NCBI RefSeq assembly: GCF_055900595.2
Contig: NZ_CM148325.1
Strand: one strand, 5' to 3'
DNA: 64,000 nt
The notes under the pieces were generated by a model. It was not told the origin of the DNA. It saw nothing but the letters and a program-made list of their open reading frames with translations, and made no database searches. This document shows positions 41,592 through 55,200 of this stretch, in pieces. The position numbers and the translations under genes were made by a program. The first letter of the stretch is position 1. Each line of letters opens with the position of its first letter.

Positions 41592-42422
41592 TTACGCGGA
41601 GCGAGACGCTGTCGCCCCTGCGCGCGGCGGCAGAGCAAATGCCACCAGCGCCGGGATGAGATAAATAAACCAGACGGCGACTTCGCTGACGCTCGGCGCT
41701 TCCTGATAACCAAAGATACCTTCCATCAGCGTACCGAAAAGCGAGTGAGTTGAGAGCACCGCGCTCATATCGAAGGCGATTTCCTGAAAGTGGTTCCACA
41801 GCCCGGCTTCATGAAACGCGCGAATAGCACCTGCCGCCAGCCCTGCGGCGACGAAGAGAATAAAGAGGCTGGTCCATTTAAAAAACGCGCCAAGATTGAG
41901 GCGAATACCGCCCCAGTAGAGCAGGAAGCCGAGCACCACGGCTGTAGCAAGACCGAGCATTGCACCCAGCGGAGGCCAGATCCCGACATCTTGTTGAAAC
42001 GCCGCCAGCAGGAAAAAGACCGACTCCAGCCCTTCCCTTGCAACGGCAAAAAAGACCATCATCACCAGCGCCCAGCCATGATGATTCCCACGCTGCAATG
42101 CGCTATCGACTGCCTGTTCCAGTTGCACTTTGACGTTGCGCGACACTTTACGCATCCAGAAAACCATCCAGGTGAGGATCACCACGGCAATCACCGCCAC
42201 GATACCTTCGAACAATTCCTGCTCTTTTTGCGGAAATTCGCCGGTGGTTTCATTAATGAAGATACCCAGCCCCAGGCACAACGCAGCGGCTAGCAACACG
42301 CCAATCCACATGACACCAATCCATCGACCTCGCTGGGTACGCTTAAGATAGCTGGCAATCAGGCTGACAATCAGCGCGGCTTCAAGTCCTTCGCGCAACA
42401 TAATGAGAAACGGAACAAACAT
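41592..42422 (-). CDS. efeU: Ferrous iron permease EfeU (Ftr1 family), intact
   Basis: 276-aa product MFVPFLIMLREGLEAALIV from ATG 42422; two RExxE iron-binding motifs (REGLEAA, REGLESV); single uninterrupted frame. Confidence 0.9.
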   Translation of the reverse strand: MFVPFLIMLREGLEAALIVSLIASYLKRTQRGRWIGVMWIGVLLAAALCLGLGIFINETTGEFPQKEQELFEGIVAVIAVVILTWMVFWMRKVSRNVKVQLEQAVDSALQRGNHHGWALVMMVFFAVAREGLESVFFLLAAFQQDVGIWPPLGAMLGLATAVVLGFLLYWGGIRLNLGAFFKWTSLFILFVAAGLAAGAIRAFHEAGLWNHFQEIAFDMSAVLSTHSLFGTLMEGIFGYQEAPSVSEVAVWFIYLIPALVAFALPPRAGATASRSA

Positions 42423-42476
42423 GCCACCCACCCTTAAACGTTTTTCTGAGTCAATCTATGCAAAGAAAGGTAAATC

Positions 42477-42540
42477 GCAGTGATAGCGATTATCATTACG
42501 GTGAAGAAAAACACAAGCGGAATGTAGTGATAATGATGAG
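42477..42540. promoter_or_regulatory. efeU promoter region with Fur-box-like sequences
   Basis: GTGATAGCGATTATCATTAC and GTGATAATGATGAG resemble Fur consensus GATAATGATAATCATTATC. Confidence 0.6.
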
Positions 42541-42641
42541 GAAATGTAAATTTTTTTTGAGAGAAAATGCAGAGGGCAATCACTGATTGCCCTCTGCCTG
42601 CTTCTGATTATGACGTGGGATTTTCGGTAAAACGCCTTCCC

Positions 42642-44150
<1,509 letters not shown>

Positions 44151-44572
44151 CTAAAGTCTCCAAAAAATTATTATCGGCAATGTCGAAACTTGCCGTTATA
44201 TCTGCCACCGGAACGGGGTAACAGAGTTTATGTTTTCCCAGGGCGACCGTATCCTGCCGGAAGCGCTGGTTATTCACAATCGATTTAACACACCATTTAC
44301 ATTAAATTTTAGTGCTCAGCGATACTATTTTTCATCAGGTTGCACTCCCTCACATTTTTTGCGGTTGCACCTTTCAAAAATGTTAACTGCCGCAGAGAAA
44401 AAGTCTGAGTTATTTTTTTAATCCCTGTCATATCGATTTCTTTTATTAACATTTCATTCATTTTTAAGCTTGCTACGCAGGTCACATTTAACATGGTTGC
44501 ACAAAGTTGCAACATCATGGATATTTCACGATAACGTTAAGTTGCACCTTTCAGAACAACAGGAGTAATGGC
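44151..44572. promoter_or_regulatory. put control region with five GTTGCA PutA operator motifs between divergent putP and putA
   Basis: GTTGCA at ~44338, 44364, 44496, 44507 (inverted pair GTTGCACAAAGTTGCAAC) and 44540. Confidence 0.75.
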
Positions 44573-47500
44573 ATGGGAACCACCACCATGGGGGTTAAGC
44601 TGGACGACGCGACGCGTGAACGCATTAAGTCTGCCGCGACACGTATCGATCGCACACCGCACTGGTTAATTAAGCAGGCGATTTTTTCTTATCTTGAACA
44701 ACTGGAAAACAGCGATACTCTGCCGGAGCTACCTGCGCTGCTTTCTGGCGCGGCCAATGAGAGCGATGAAGTACCGAATCCGGCAGAGGAACCACACCAG
44801 CCATTCCTCGACTTTGCCGAGCAAATTTTGCCACAGTCGGTTTCCCGTGCGGCTATCACCGCCGCCTATCGCCGCCCGGAAACCGAAGCGGTTTCTATGC
44901 TGCTGGAACAAGCTCGCCTGCCGCAGCCGGTTGCTGAACAGGCGCATAAACTGGCGTATCAACTGGCCGATAAACTGCGTAATCAAAAAAATGCCAGTGG
45001 TCGCGCAGGCATGGTTCAGGGGTTACTGCAGGAGTTTTCGCTGTCATCGCAGGAAGGCGTGGCGCTGATGTGTCTGGCGGAAGCGCTATTGCGTATTCCC
45101 GACAAAGCCACCCGTGATGCGTTAATACGCGACAAAATCAGCAACGGTAACTGGCAGTCACATATTGGTCGTAGCCCGTCGCTGTTTGTTAATGCCGCCA
45201 CCTGGGGGCTTCTCTTTACCGGCAAACTGGTTTCTACCCATAACGAAGCCAGCCTCTCCCGTTCGCTGAATCGCATTATCGGTAAGAGTGGCGAACCGCT
45301 GATCCGCAAAGGTGTGGATATGGCGATGCGTCTGATGGGCGAGCAGTTCGTCACTGGTGAAACCATCGCGGAAGCGTTAGCCAATGCCCGCAAGCTGGAA
45401 GAGAAAGGTTTCCGTTACTCCTACGATATGCTGGGCGAAGCCGCACTGACCGCAGCGGACGCGCAGGCATATATGGTTTCCTATCAGCAGGCGATTCACG
45501 CCATTGGTAAAGCATCTAATGGTCGTGGCATCTATGAAGGTCCGGGCATTTCAATCAAGCTGTCGGCGCTGCATCCGCGTTACAGCCGCGCCCAGTATGA
45601 CCGGGTAATGGAAGAGCTTTACCCACGTCTGAAATCATTAACCTTGCTGGCGCGTCAGTACGATATTGGTATTAACATTGATGCCGAAGAGGCCGATCGT
45701 CTGGAGATCTCCCTCGATCTGCTGGAAAAACTCTGTTTCGAGCCTGAACTGGCAGGCTGGAACGGCATCGGTTTTGTTATTCAGGCTTATCAAAAACGCT
45801 GCCCGTTGGTGATTGATTACCTGATTGATCTCGCCACCCGCAGCCGTCGTCGTCTGATGATTCGCCTGGTGAAAGGCGCGTACTGGGATAGTGAAATCAA
45901 ACGTGCGCAAATGGACGGCCTTGAAGGTTATCCGGTTTATACCCGCAAGGTGTATACCGATGTTTCTTATCTCGCTTGTGCGAAAAAGCTGCTGGCGGTG
46001 CCGAATTTAATCTACCCGCAGTTTGCAACGCACAACGCCCACACGCTGGCGGCGATTTATCAACTGGCAGGTCAAAACTACTATCCGGGCCAGTACGAGT
46101 TCCAGTGCCTGCATGGTATGGGCGAGCCACTGTATGAGCAGGTCACTGGGAAAGTTGCCGACGGCAAACTTAACCGTCCGTGTCGTATTTATGCTCCGGT
46201 TGGCACACATGAAACGCTGTTGGCGTATCTGGTGCGTCGCCTGCTGGAAAACGGTGCTAACACCTCGTTTGTTAACCGCATTGCCGACACCTCTCTGCCG
46301 CTGGATGAACTGGTTGCCGATCCAGTCACTGCTGTAGAAAAATTGGCGCAACAGGAAGGGCAAACTGGATTACCGCATCCGAAAATTCCCCTGCCGCGCG
46401 ATCTTTACGGTCACGGGCGCGACAACTCGGCAGGGCTGGATCTCGCCAATGAACACCGACTGGCCTCGCTCTCCTCAGCCCTGCTCAAAAGTGCACTGCA
46501 AAAATGGCAGGCCATGCCAATGCTGGAACAACCGGTCGCGGCTGGTGAAATGTCACCCGTTATCAACCCGGCGGAACCGAAAGATATTGTGGGCTATGTG
46601 CGTGAAGCCACACCGCGTGAAGTAGAACAGGCGCTGGAAAGTGCAGTTAATAACGCGCCAATCTGGTTTGCCACGCCTCCGGCCGAACGCGCGGCGATTT
46701 TGCATCGCGCTGCCGTACTGATGGAAAGCCAGATGCAGCAACTGATTGGTATTCTGGTACGTGAGGCCGGAAAAACCTTCAGTAACGCCATTGCCGAAGT
46801 GCGTGAAGCCGTCGATTTTCTCCACTACTACGCGGGACAGGTGCGGGATGATTTCGCTAACGAAACCCACCGTCCATTAGGGCCTGTGGTGTGTATCAGC
46901 CCGTGGAATTTCCCGCTGGCGATTTTCACCGGGCAAATCGCTGCCGCACTGGCGGCAGGTAACAGCGTACTGGCAAAACCGGCAGAACAAACGCCGCTGA
47001 TTGCCGCACAAGGGATTGCCATTTTGCTGGAAGCGGGTGTACCGCCAGGCGTGGTGCAGTTGTTGCCCGGTCAGGGTGAAACCGTAGGCGCGCAACTGAC
47101 GGGTGATGATCGCGTGCGCGGGGTGATGTTTACCGGTTCAACCGAAGTCGCTACGTTACTGCAACGCAATATCGCCAGCCGCCTGGACGCTCAGGGCCGC
47201 CCCATTCCACTCATTGCGGAAACCGGCGGCATGAACGCGATGATTGTCGATTCCTCCGCCCTGACCGAACAGGTCGTCGTGGATGTACTGGCCTCGGCCT
47301 TCGACAGTGCAGGTCAGCGTTGTTCGGCACTGCGCGTGCTGTGCCTGCAAGATGAGATTGCCGACCACACGTTGAAAATGCTGCGCGGCGCAATGGCCGA
47401 ATGCCGGATGGGTAATCCGGGTCGCCTGACCACCGATATCGGTCCGGTGATTGATGGCGAAGCGAAGACCAATATTGAGCGCCATATTCAGACTATGCGT

Positions 47501-48535
47501 AGTAAAGGCCGTCCGGTGTTCCAGGCGGTGCGGGAAAACAGTGAAGATGCCCGCGAATGGCAAAGTGGCACCTTTGTCGCCCCGACGCTGATCGAACTGG
47601 ATGATTTTGCCGAATTGCAAAAAGAGGTCTTTGGTCCGGTGCTGCATGTGGTGCGTTACAACCGTAACCAGTTGCCGGAACTGATCGAACAGATTAACGC
47701 TTCCGGTTATGGTCTGACGCTTGGCGTCCATACGCGCATTGATGAAACCATCGCCCAGGTCACTGGCTCGGCGCATGTCGGTAATCTGTACGTTAACCGT
47801 AATATGGTGGGCGCAGTGGTTGGGGTGCAACCGTTCGGCGGCGAAGGGTTGTCCGGCACCGGGCCGAAAGCAGGCGGTCCGCTCTATCTCTACCGTCTGC
47901 TGGCGAATCGCCCGGAAAGTGCGCTGGCGGTGACGCTCGCGCGTCAGGATGCGGAGTATCCGGTCGATGCGCAGTTGAAAGCCGCATTGACTCAGCCGCT
48001 AAATGCACTGCGGGAATGGGCGGCAAACCGTCCAGAATTGCAGGCGTTATGTACGCAATATGGCGAGTTGGCGCAGGCAGGAACACAACGATTGTTGCCA
48101 GGGCCGACGGGTGAACGCAACACCTGGACGCTGCTGCCGCGTGAGCGCGTGTTGTGTATTGCGGATGATGAACAGGATGCGCTGACTCAGCTCGCCGCCG
48201 TGCTGGCGGTGGGTAGCCAAGTGCTGTGGCCGGATGATGCGCTGCATCGTCAGTTAGTGAAGGCATTGCCATCGGCAGTCAGCGAACGTATTCAACTGGC
48301 GAAAGCGGAAAATATAACCGCTCAACCCTTTGATGCGGTGATCTTCCACGGTGATTCGGATCAGCTTCGCGCATTGTGTGAAGCCGTTGCCGCGCGGGAT
48401 GGTGCAATTGTTTCAGTGCAGGGTTTTGCCCGTGGCGAAAGCAATATCCTGCTGGAACGGTTGTATATCGAGCGTTCGCTGAGCGTGAATACCGCTGCCG
48501 CTGGCGGTAACGCCAGTTTAATGACGATCGGTTAA
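44573..48535 (+). CDS. putA: Bifunctional proline dehydrogenase / P5C dehydrogenase and transcriptional repressor PutA
   Basis: 1320-aa product MGTTTMGVKLDDATRERIKSAATRIDRTPHWLIKQAIFSYLEQ (RHH DNA-binding N-terminus) from internal ATG of ORF 44507..48535; recognised as PutA. Confidence 0.95.
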   Translation: MGTTTMGVKLDDATRERIKSAATRIDRTPHWLIKQAIFSYLEQLENSDTLPELPALLSGAANESDEVPNPAEEPHQPFLDFAEQILPQSVSRAAITAAYRRPETEAVSMLLEQARLPQPVAEQAHKLAYQLADKLRNQKNASGRAGMVQGLLQEFSLSSQEGVALMCLAEALLRIPDKATRDALIRDKISNGNWQSHIGRSPSLFVNAATWGLLFTGKLVSTHNEASLSRSLNRIIGKSGEPLIRKGVDMAMRLMGEQFVTGETIAEALANARKLEEKGFRYSYDMLGEAALTAADAQAYMVSYQQAIHAIGKASNGRGIYEGPGISIKLSALHPRYSRAQYDRVMEELYPRLKSLTLLARQYDIGINIDAEEADRLEISLDLLEKLCFEPELAGWNGIGFVIQAYQKRCPLVIDYLIDLATRSRRRLMIRLVKGAYWDSEIKRAQMDGLEGYPVYTRKVYTDVSYLACAKKLLAVPNLIYPQFATHNAHTLAAIYQLAGQNYYPGQYEFQCLHGMGEPLYEQVTGKVADGKLNRPCRIYAPVGTHETLLAYLVRRLLENGANTSFVNRIADTSLPLDELVADPVTAVEKLAQQEGQTGLPHPKIPLPRDLYGHGRDNSAGLDLANEHRLASLSSALLKSALQKWQAMPMLEQPVAAGEMSPVINPAEPKDIVGYVREATPREVEQALESAVNNAPIWFATPPAERAAILHRAAVLMESQMQQLIGILVREAGKTFSNAIAEVREAVDFLHYYAGQVRDDFANETHRPLGPVVCISPWNFPLAIFTGQIAAALAAGNSVLAKPAEQTPLIAAQGIAILLEAGVPPGVVQLLPGQGETVGAQLTGDDRVRGVMFTGSTEVATLLQRNIASRLDAQGRPIPLIAETGGMNAMIVDSSALTEQVVVDVLASAFDSAGQRCSALRVLCLQDEIADHTLKMLRGAMAECRMGNPGRLTTDIGPVIDGEAKTNIERHIQTMRSKGRPVFQAVRENSEDAREWQSGTFVAPTLIELDDFAELQKEVFGPVLHVVRYNRNQLPELIEQINASGYGLTLGVHTRIDETIAQVTGSAHVGNLYVNRNMVGAVVGVQPFGGEGLSGTGPKAGGPLYLYRLLANRPESALAVTLARQDAEYPVDAQLKAALTQPLNALREWAANRPELQALCTQYGELAQAGTQRLLPGPTGERNTWTLLPRERVLCIADDEQDALTQLAAVLAVGSQVLWPDDALHRQLVKALPSAVSERIQLAKAENITAQPFDAVIFHGDSDQLRALCEAVAARDGAIVSVQGFARGESNILLERLYIERSLSVNTAAAGGNASLMTIG

Positions 48536-48574
48536 GCAGGTTGCCGGAGGATGCTATAACCTCCTCCGGCATCA

Positions 48575-49213
48575 TTAACGTGGTCGAATCCCCTCAAGAA
48601 TAATCCGCTGCACGTTTTCAACCGTTTGATTGAAAAACACTTCATCGCGCAACGTGGCACCTGTCACCGCCTCCACCTGAGGGGCGAAATCGGCGTAATG
48701 TTGAGTGGAAGCCCAAATCATAAAAATCAAATGCTGCGGATCAATCGGCGCGAGTTTGCCGCTTTTAACCCAACCGGCAATCAGCGCCGATTTCTCATCA
48801 ATTAATGCCTTCAAATCGCCCGTCAGTTCATCCATTAACAGCGGCGCGCCTGCCAGCATCTCCATACAGAACAGGCGCGAAGCCTGCGGATAATCGCGGG
48901 AAACTTCCAGCTTCAGACGGATGTACTCTTTGATCGCTGCCAGTGGGGCGAAATCTTCACGAAACGCCTTCAATGGTGCCAACCAGATATCCAGAATTTG
49001 CCGCAGCACGGCAATATACAGCGCCTCTTTAGACGGGAAGTAATACAGCAGATTAGTTTTTGAAACGCCCGCCAACTCTGCGATCTGCTCCAGCCTTGTG
49101 CCGTGAAAACCGAATTGTGAAAAAGTGTCCAGTGCCGCGCTAAGAATCGCTTTTTTCTTCGCGCTTACTGCGCGCGAACGTTTACCCGTTGTTTTCACTG
49201 CGCCTTGCGTCAT
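48575..49213 (-). CDS. rutR: TetR-family pyrimidine utilisation repressor RutR
   Basis: 212-aa product MTQGAVKTTGKRSRAVSAKKKAILSAALDTFSQFGFHGTRLEQIAELAGVSKTNLLYYF (TetR HTH) from internal ATG of ORF 48575..49240. Confidence 0.92.
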   Translation of the reverse strand: MTQGAVKTTGKRSRAVSAKKKAILSAALDTFSQFGFHGTRLEQIAELAGVSKTNLLYYFPSKEALYIAVLRQILDIWLAPLKAFREDFAPLAAIKEYIRLKLEVSRDYPQASRLFCMEMLAGAPLLMDELTGDLKALIDEKSALIAGWVKSGKLAPIDPQHLIFMIWASTQHYADFAPQVEAVTGATLRDEVFFNQTVENVQRIILEGIRPR

Positions 49214-49318
49214 GCGCTCTCCCCTCTTGTTGATTGGCAACAGGATAGCAAAACCCCCGCCCGGCCTCGACCTTCTGCACTCTCATCGCGCACGAATGCA
49301 TGTTTTATGTGCAACTGT

Positions 49319-49334
49319 TTTGACCGTTTAGTCC
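49319..49334. promoter_or_regulatory. Putative RutR operator TTGACCGTTTAGTCCA
   Basis: Imperfect palindrome resembling RutR consensus TTGACCAnnTGGTCAA, between rutR and rutA. Confidence 0.45.
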
Positions 49335-49399
49335 ACTTTTTTCCAGGCATTTTAGACAACTTAATATTAACACATTAATAACATTCACTTTTTAAAAAC

Positions 49400-49415
49400 T
49401 GGCATCCGCTTTGCT
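49400..49415 (+). promoter_or_regulatory. Sigma-54 (-24/-12) promoter TGGCATCCGCTTTGCT upstream of rutA
   Basis: GG and GC dinucleotides at the canonical -24/-12 spacing (TGGCAC-N5-TTGCW-like), ~30 bp upstream of rutA ATG. Confidence 0.65.
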
Positions 49416-49443
49416 AACTAGACATTACGCGGCTGAAAAGGAT

Positions 49444-51284
<1,841 letters not shown>

Positions 51285-51295
51285 GGAGTTTAATG

Positions 51296-51682
51296 ATGCC
51301 GAAATCCGTAATTATTCCTGCTGGCAGCAGCGCACCGCTGGCCCCCTTCGTTCCCGGCACGCTGGCTGATGGCGTGGTGTATGTCTCCGGCACGCTGGCT
51401 TTTGATCAACATAACAACGTGCTGTTTGCCGATGACCCAAAGGCGCAAACCCGCCACGTTCTGGAAACCATCCGCAAGGTCATCGAGACGGCGGGTGGCA
51501 CGATGGCGGATGTGACCTTCAACAGCATCTTTATTACCGACTGGAAAAATTACGCCGCGATTAACGAAATCTACGCCGAGTTTTTCCCTGATGATAAACC
51601 GGCGCGATTCTGCATTCAGTGCGGACTGGTAAAGCCTGACGCGCTGGTGGAAATCGCCACGATTGCGCATATCGCCAAGTGA
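51296..51682 (+). CDS. rutC: Aminoacrylate peracid reductase RutC (RidA/YjgF family)
   Basis: 128-aa product [33 protein letters not shown]. Confidence 0.92.
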   Translation: MPKSVIIPAGSSAPLAPFVPGTLADGVVYVSGTLAFDQHNNVLFADDPKAQTRHVLETIRKVIETAGGTMADVTFNSIFITDWKNYAAINEIYAEFFPDDKPARFCIQCGLVKPDALVEIATIAHIAK

Positions 51683-51689
51683 GGCCGCG

Positions 51690-52502
51690 ATGAAACTTTC
51701 ACTCTCACCTCCCCCGTATGCTGATGCGCCCGTAGTGGTGTTGATTTCGGGTCTTGGCGGTAGCGGCAGTTACTGGTTATCGCAACTGGCGGTGCTGGAT
51801 CAGGAGTATCAGGTAGTCTGTTACGACCAGCGCGGTACCGGAAATAATCCAGATACGCTGGCGGAAGACTACAGTTTGGCGCAGATGGCAGAGGAACTGC
51901 ATCAGGCGCTGATGAGTGTGGGGATTGAGCGTTATGCGGTGATCGGCCATGCGCTCGGGGCGCTGGTGGGAATGCAGCTGGCGCTGGATTATCCCGCATC
52001 GGTCACTGCACTGGTCAGCGTTAACGGCTGGCTACGAATAAACGCCCATACCCGCCGCTGTTTTCAGGTTCGCGAACGATTACTGCATAGCGGCGGCGCG
52101 CAGGCATGGGTGGAAGCGCAGCCGTTGTTCCTCTACCCCGCCGACTGGATGGCGGCCCGCGCCCCTCGCCTTGAAGCGGAGGACGCGCTGGCACTGGCGC
52201 ATTTTCAGGGCAAAAACAATTTACTGCGTCGACTTAACGCCCTCAAACGTGCTGACTTTAGTCGCCATACGGATCGCATCCGCTGCCCGGTGCAAATCAT
52301 CTGCGCCAGTGATGATCTGCTGGTGCCCTCAGCCTGTTCCAGTGAACTTCATGCCGCCCTGCCCGATAGCCAGAAAATGGTGATGCGCTATGGCGGACAC
52401 GCCTGCAACGTGACCGATCCCGAAACGTTTAATGCTCTGTTGCTCAACGGGCTTGCCAGCCTGTTACATCATCGTGAAGCCGCCTGTAAGGAATTGCTAT
52501 GA
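51690..52502 (+). CDS. rutD: Aminoacrylate hydrolase RutD (alpha/beta hydrolase)
   Basis: Product [29 protein letters not shown] from internal ATG of ORF 51663..52502; GHALG nucleophile elbow. Confidence 0.9.
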   Translation: MKLSLSPPPYADAPVVVLISGLGGSGSYWLSQLAVLDQEYQVVCYDQRGTGNNPDTLAEDYSLAQMAEELHQALMSVGIERYAVIGHALGALVGMQLALDYPASVTALVSVNGWLRINAHTRRCFQVRERLLHSGGAQAWVEAQPLFLYPADWMAARAPRLEAEDALALAHFQGKNNLLRRLNALKRADFSRHTDRIRCPVQIICASDDLLVPSACSSELHAALPDSQKMVMRYGGHACNVTDPETFNALLLNGLASLLHHREAACKELL

Positions 52503-53089
52503 ACGAAGCCGTTAGCCCTGGTGCGCTTAGCACCCTGTTTACCGACGCCCGAACTCACAACGGCTGGCGGGAGACACCCGTCAGCGATGAGACGTTACGG
52601 GAGATTTATGCCCTGATGAAATGGGGGCCAACGTCAGCCAACTGTTCTCCGGCGCGCATCGTATTTATCCGCACTGCAGAAGCAAAAGAACGTCTGCGCC
52701 CGGCGCTTTCCAGCGGCAATCTGCAAAAAACCCTGACCGCGCCCGTCACTGCTATCGTCGCCTGGGATAGCGAATTTTATGAACGGTTACCGCAACTGTT
52801 TCCCCACGGCGATGCCCGCAGTTGGTTTACCTCCAGCCCAAAACTTGCTGAAGAAACGGCGTTTCGCAACAGTTCCATGCAGGCGGCCTATCTGATCGTC
52901 GCCTGCCGGGCGCTGGGGCTGGATACCGGCCCGATGTCCGGCTTTGACCGTCAACACGTGGACGACGCCTTTTTTACGGGCAGCACGCTGAAGAGCAATC
53001 TGCTGATTAATATCGGCTATGGCGATAGCAGCAAGCTTTATACGCGCCTGCCACGTCTGTCCTTTGAAGAAGCCTGCGGGCTGTTGTAA
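52499..53089 (+). CDS. rutE: Malonic semialdehyde reductase RutE (nitroreductase family)
   Basis: 196-aa [26 protein letters not shown]; 4-bp overlap with rutD. Confidence 0.92.
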   Translation: MNEAVSPGALSTLFTDARTHNGWRETPVSDETLREIYALMKWGPTSANCSPARIVFIRTAEAKERLRPALSSGNLQKTLTAPVTAIVAWDSEFYERLPQLFPHGDARSWFTSSPKLAEETAFRNSSMQAAYLIVACRALGLDTGPMSGFDRQHVDDAFFTGSTLKSNLLINIGYGDSSKLYTRLPRLSFEEACGLL

Positions 53090-53099
53090 GGAGCAAACT

Positions 53100-53594
53100 A
53101 TGAACATTGTCGATCAACAAACTTTTCGCGATGCGATGTCCTGCATGGGCGCGGCGGTCAATATCATCACCACGGACGGTCCAGCCGGGCGCGCCGGGTT
53201 CACCGCCAGCGCCGTCTGCAGCGTGACCGATACGCCGCCCACATTACTGGTGTGCCTGAATCGTGGGGCGTCCGTCTGGCCGGTATTCAATGAAAATCGG
53301 ACGCTGTGTGTAAATACACTTAGCGCCGGGCAGGAGCCGCTTTCAAACCTTTTTGGCGGTAAAACGCCCATGGAACACCGCTTTGCCGCCGCCCGCTGGC
53401 AGACTGGTGTGACCGGATGCCCGCAACTGGAAGAAGCACTGGTTTCGTTTGACTGCCGTATCAGCCAGGTGGTGAGCGTCGGCACTCACGACATTCTGTT
53501 TTGCGCCATCGAAGCGATTCATCGTCACGCTACTCCCTACGGACTGGTGTGGTTTGATCGCAGTTATCACGCGCTAATGCGCCCTGCTTGTTAA
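53100..53594 (+). CDS. rutF: FMN reductase RutF (flavin reductase family)
   Basis: 164-aa product [27 protein letters not shown] from internal ATG of ORF 53019..53594. Confidence 0.9.
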
Positions 53595-53614
53595 CCTCCT
53601 TAAGGAGACAGCTG

Positions 53615-54943
53615 ATGGCAATGTTCGGTTTTCCTCACTGGCAGTTAAAATCGACCTCTACAGAGAGCGGCGTGGTCGCGCCGGATGAACGATTGCCGTT
53701 TGCTCAAACGGCAGTGATGGGTGTTCAACACGCGGTGGCAATGTTTGGCGCGACAGTGTTAATGCCGATTCTGATGGGGCTGGATCCCAACCTTTCCATT
53801 TTAATGTCGGGGATCGGCACGTTACTGTTTTTCTTTATTACCGGCGGGCGCGTCCCCAGTTATCTCGGTTCCAGCGCGGCTTTTGTCGGCGTGGTGATCG
53901 CCGCGACGGGCTTTAATGGTCAGGGAATTAATCCGAATATCAGCATCGCGCTGGGCGGGATTATCGCCTGTGGGCTGGTTTATACCGTCATTGGCCTGGT
54001 GGTGATGAAAATCGGTACGCGCTGGATTGAACGACTAATGCCGCCGGTTGTGACGGGTGCGGTGGTGATGGCGATTGGCCTGAACTTAGCGCCTATCGCA
54101 GTGAAAAGTGTATCGGCTTCGGCCTTTGATAGTTGGATGGCGGTAATGACGGTGCTGTGTATTGGGCTGGTGGCGGTGTTTACCCGTGGCATGATCCAGC
54201 GATTATTGATTCTCGTAGGATTAATTGTCGCCTGTCTGCTGTATGGCGTGATGACCAACGTTTTAGGGCTGGGAAAAGCCGTCGATTTTACTCTCGTCAG
54301 CCATGCTACCTGGTTCGGTCTGCCACATTTTTCCACTCCTGCTTTTAATGGTCAGGCAATGATGCTGATTGCGCCCGTGGCGGTGATTCTGGTGGCGGAA
54401 AACTTAGGTCATCTCAAGGCGGTCGCCGGGATGACCGGACGCAATATGGATCCATATATGGGGCGGGCATTCGTGGGCGATGGGCTGGCAACGATGCTTT
54501 CCGGCTCTGTCGGCGGTAGCGGCGTAACCACCTATGCTGAAAATATCGGTGTGATGGCTGTGACAAAAGTCTACTCGACGCTGGTGTTTGTTGCTGCTGC
54601 CGTCATCGCCTTGCTGTTGGGCTTTTCGCCGAAATTTGGCGCGCTGATCCATACCATTCCTGCACCGGTGATTGGTGGTGCTTCAATTGTTGTGTTCGGG
54701 CTGATTGCCGTCGCAGGCGCACGGATCTGGGTACAAAACCGTGTCGATTTAAGCCAGAACGGTAATTTGATTATGGTCGCAGTAACCTTAGTGCTGGGCG
54801 CGGGTGATTTTGCTCTCACGCTGGGCGGTTTTACGTTGGGAGGGATCGGTACAGCAACCTTTGGCGCGATTTTACTCAATGCGTTGTTGAGCAGAAGGTT
54901 GGTTGACGTTCCTCCGCCAGAAGTTGTTCATCAGGAACCATAA
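53615..54943 (+). CDS. rutG: Pyrimidine permease RutG (NCS2 family)
   Basis: 442-aa product MAMFGFPHWQLKSTSTESGV from internal ATG of ORF 53588..54943; multi-TM. Confidence 0.9.
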   Translation: MAMFGFPHWQLKSTSTESGVVAPDERLPFAQTAVMGVQHAVAMFGATVLMPILMGLDPNLSILMSGIGTLLFFFITGGRVPSYLGSSAAFVGVVIAATGFNGQGINPNISIALGGIIACGLVYTVIGLVVMKIGTRWIERLMPPVVTGAVVMAIGLNLAPIAVKSVSASAFDSWMAVMTVLCIGLVAVFTRGMIQRLLILVGLIVACLLYGVMTNVLGLGKAVDFTLVSHATWFGLPHFSTPAFNGQAMMLIAPVAVILVAENLGHLKAVAGMTGRNMDPYMGRAFVGDGLATMLSGSVGGSGVTTYAENIGVMAVTKVYSTLVFVAAAVIALLLGFSPKFGALIHTIPAPVIGGASIVVFGLIAVAGARIWVQNRVDLSQNGNLIMVAVTLVLGAGDFALTLGGFTLGGIGTATFGAILLNALLSRRLVDVPPPEVVHQEP

Positions 54944-54949
54944 ACAGAA

Positions 54950-55150
54950 AACCGCCGGGATTACCGGCGGTGCAGATTGTTGACAACGTGCGCATTGTTC
55001 ATGCCGGATGCGGCGTGAACGCCTTATCCGGCCTATAAAACAGTGCAAATTCAATATATTGCAATCTTCTGGTAGGCCTGATAAGCATCGCGCATCAGGC
55101 AAGCTTACATTTGTCATCAGTATCAACCGCCGGGGTAACCGGCGGTGATG
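54950..55150. repeat. REP/BIME cluster with flanking hairpins downstream of rutG
   Basis: ACCGCCGGG(A/G)TTACCGGCGGTG hairpin at both ends (54951..54975, 55126..55148) bracketing inverted REP units (GCCGGATGCGGCGTGAACGCCTTATCCGGCCTA; GTAGGCCTGATAAGCATCGCGCATCAGGCA). Confidence 0.8.
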
Positions 55151-55200
55151 GTTTTTTGACGAGCTACAGACAAAAATGCATGCGTCATTGATTAGCCCGG

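Noticed and set aside
47156-48272. Two long minus-strand ORFs (224 aa and 159 aa) inside putA
   Set aside because: Antisense to the 1320-codon putA; Arg/His/Pro-rich translations; no promoter or RBS context
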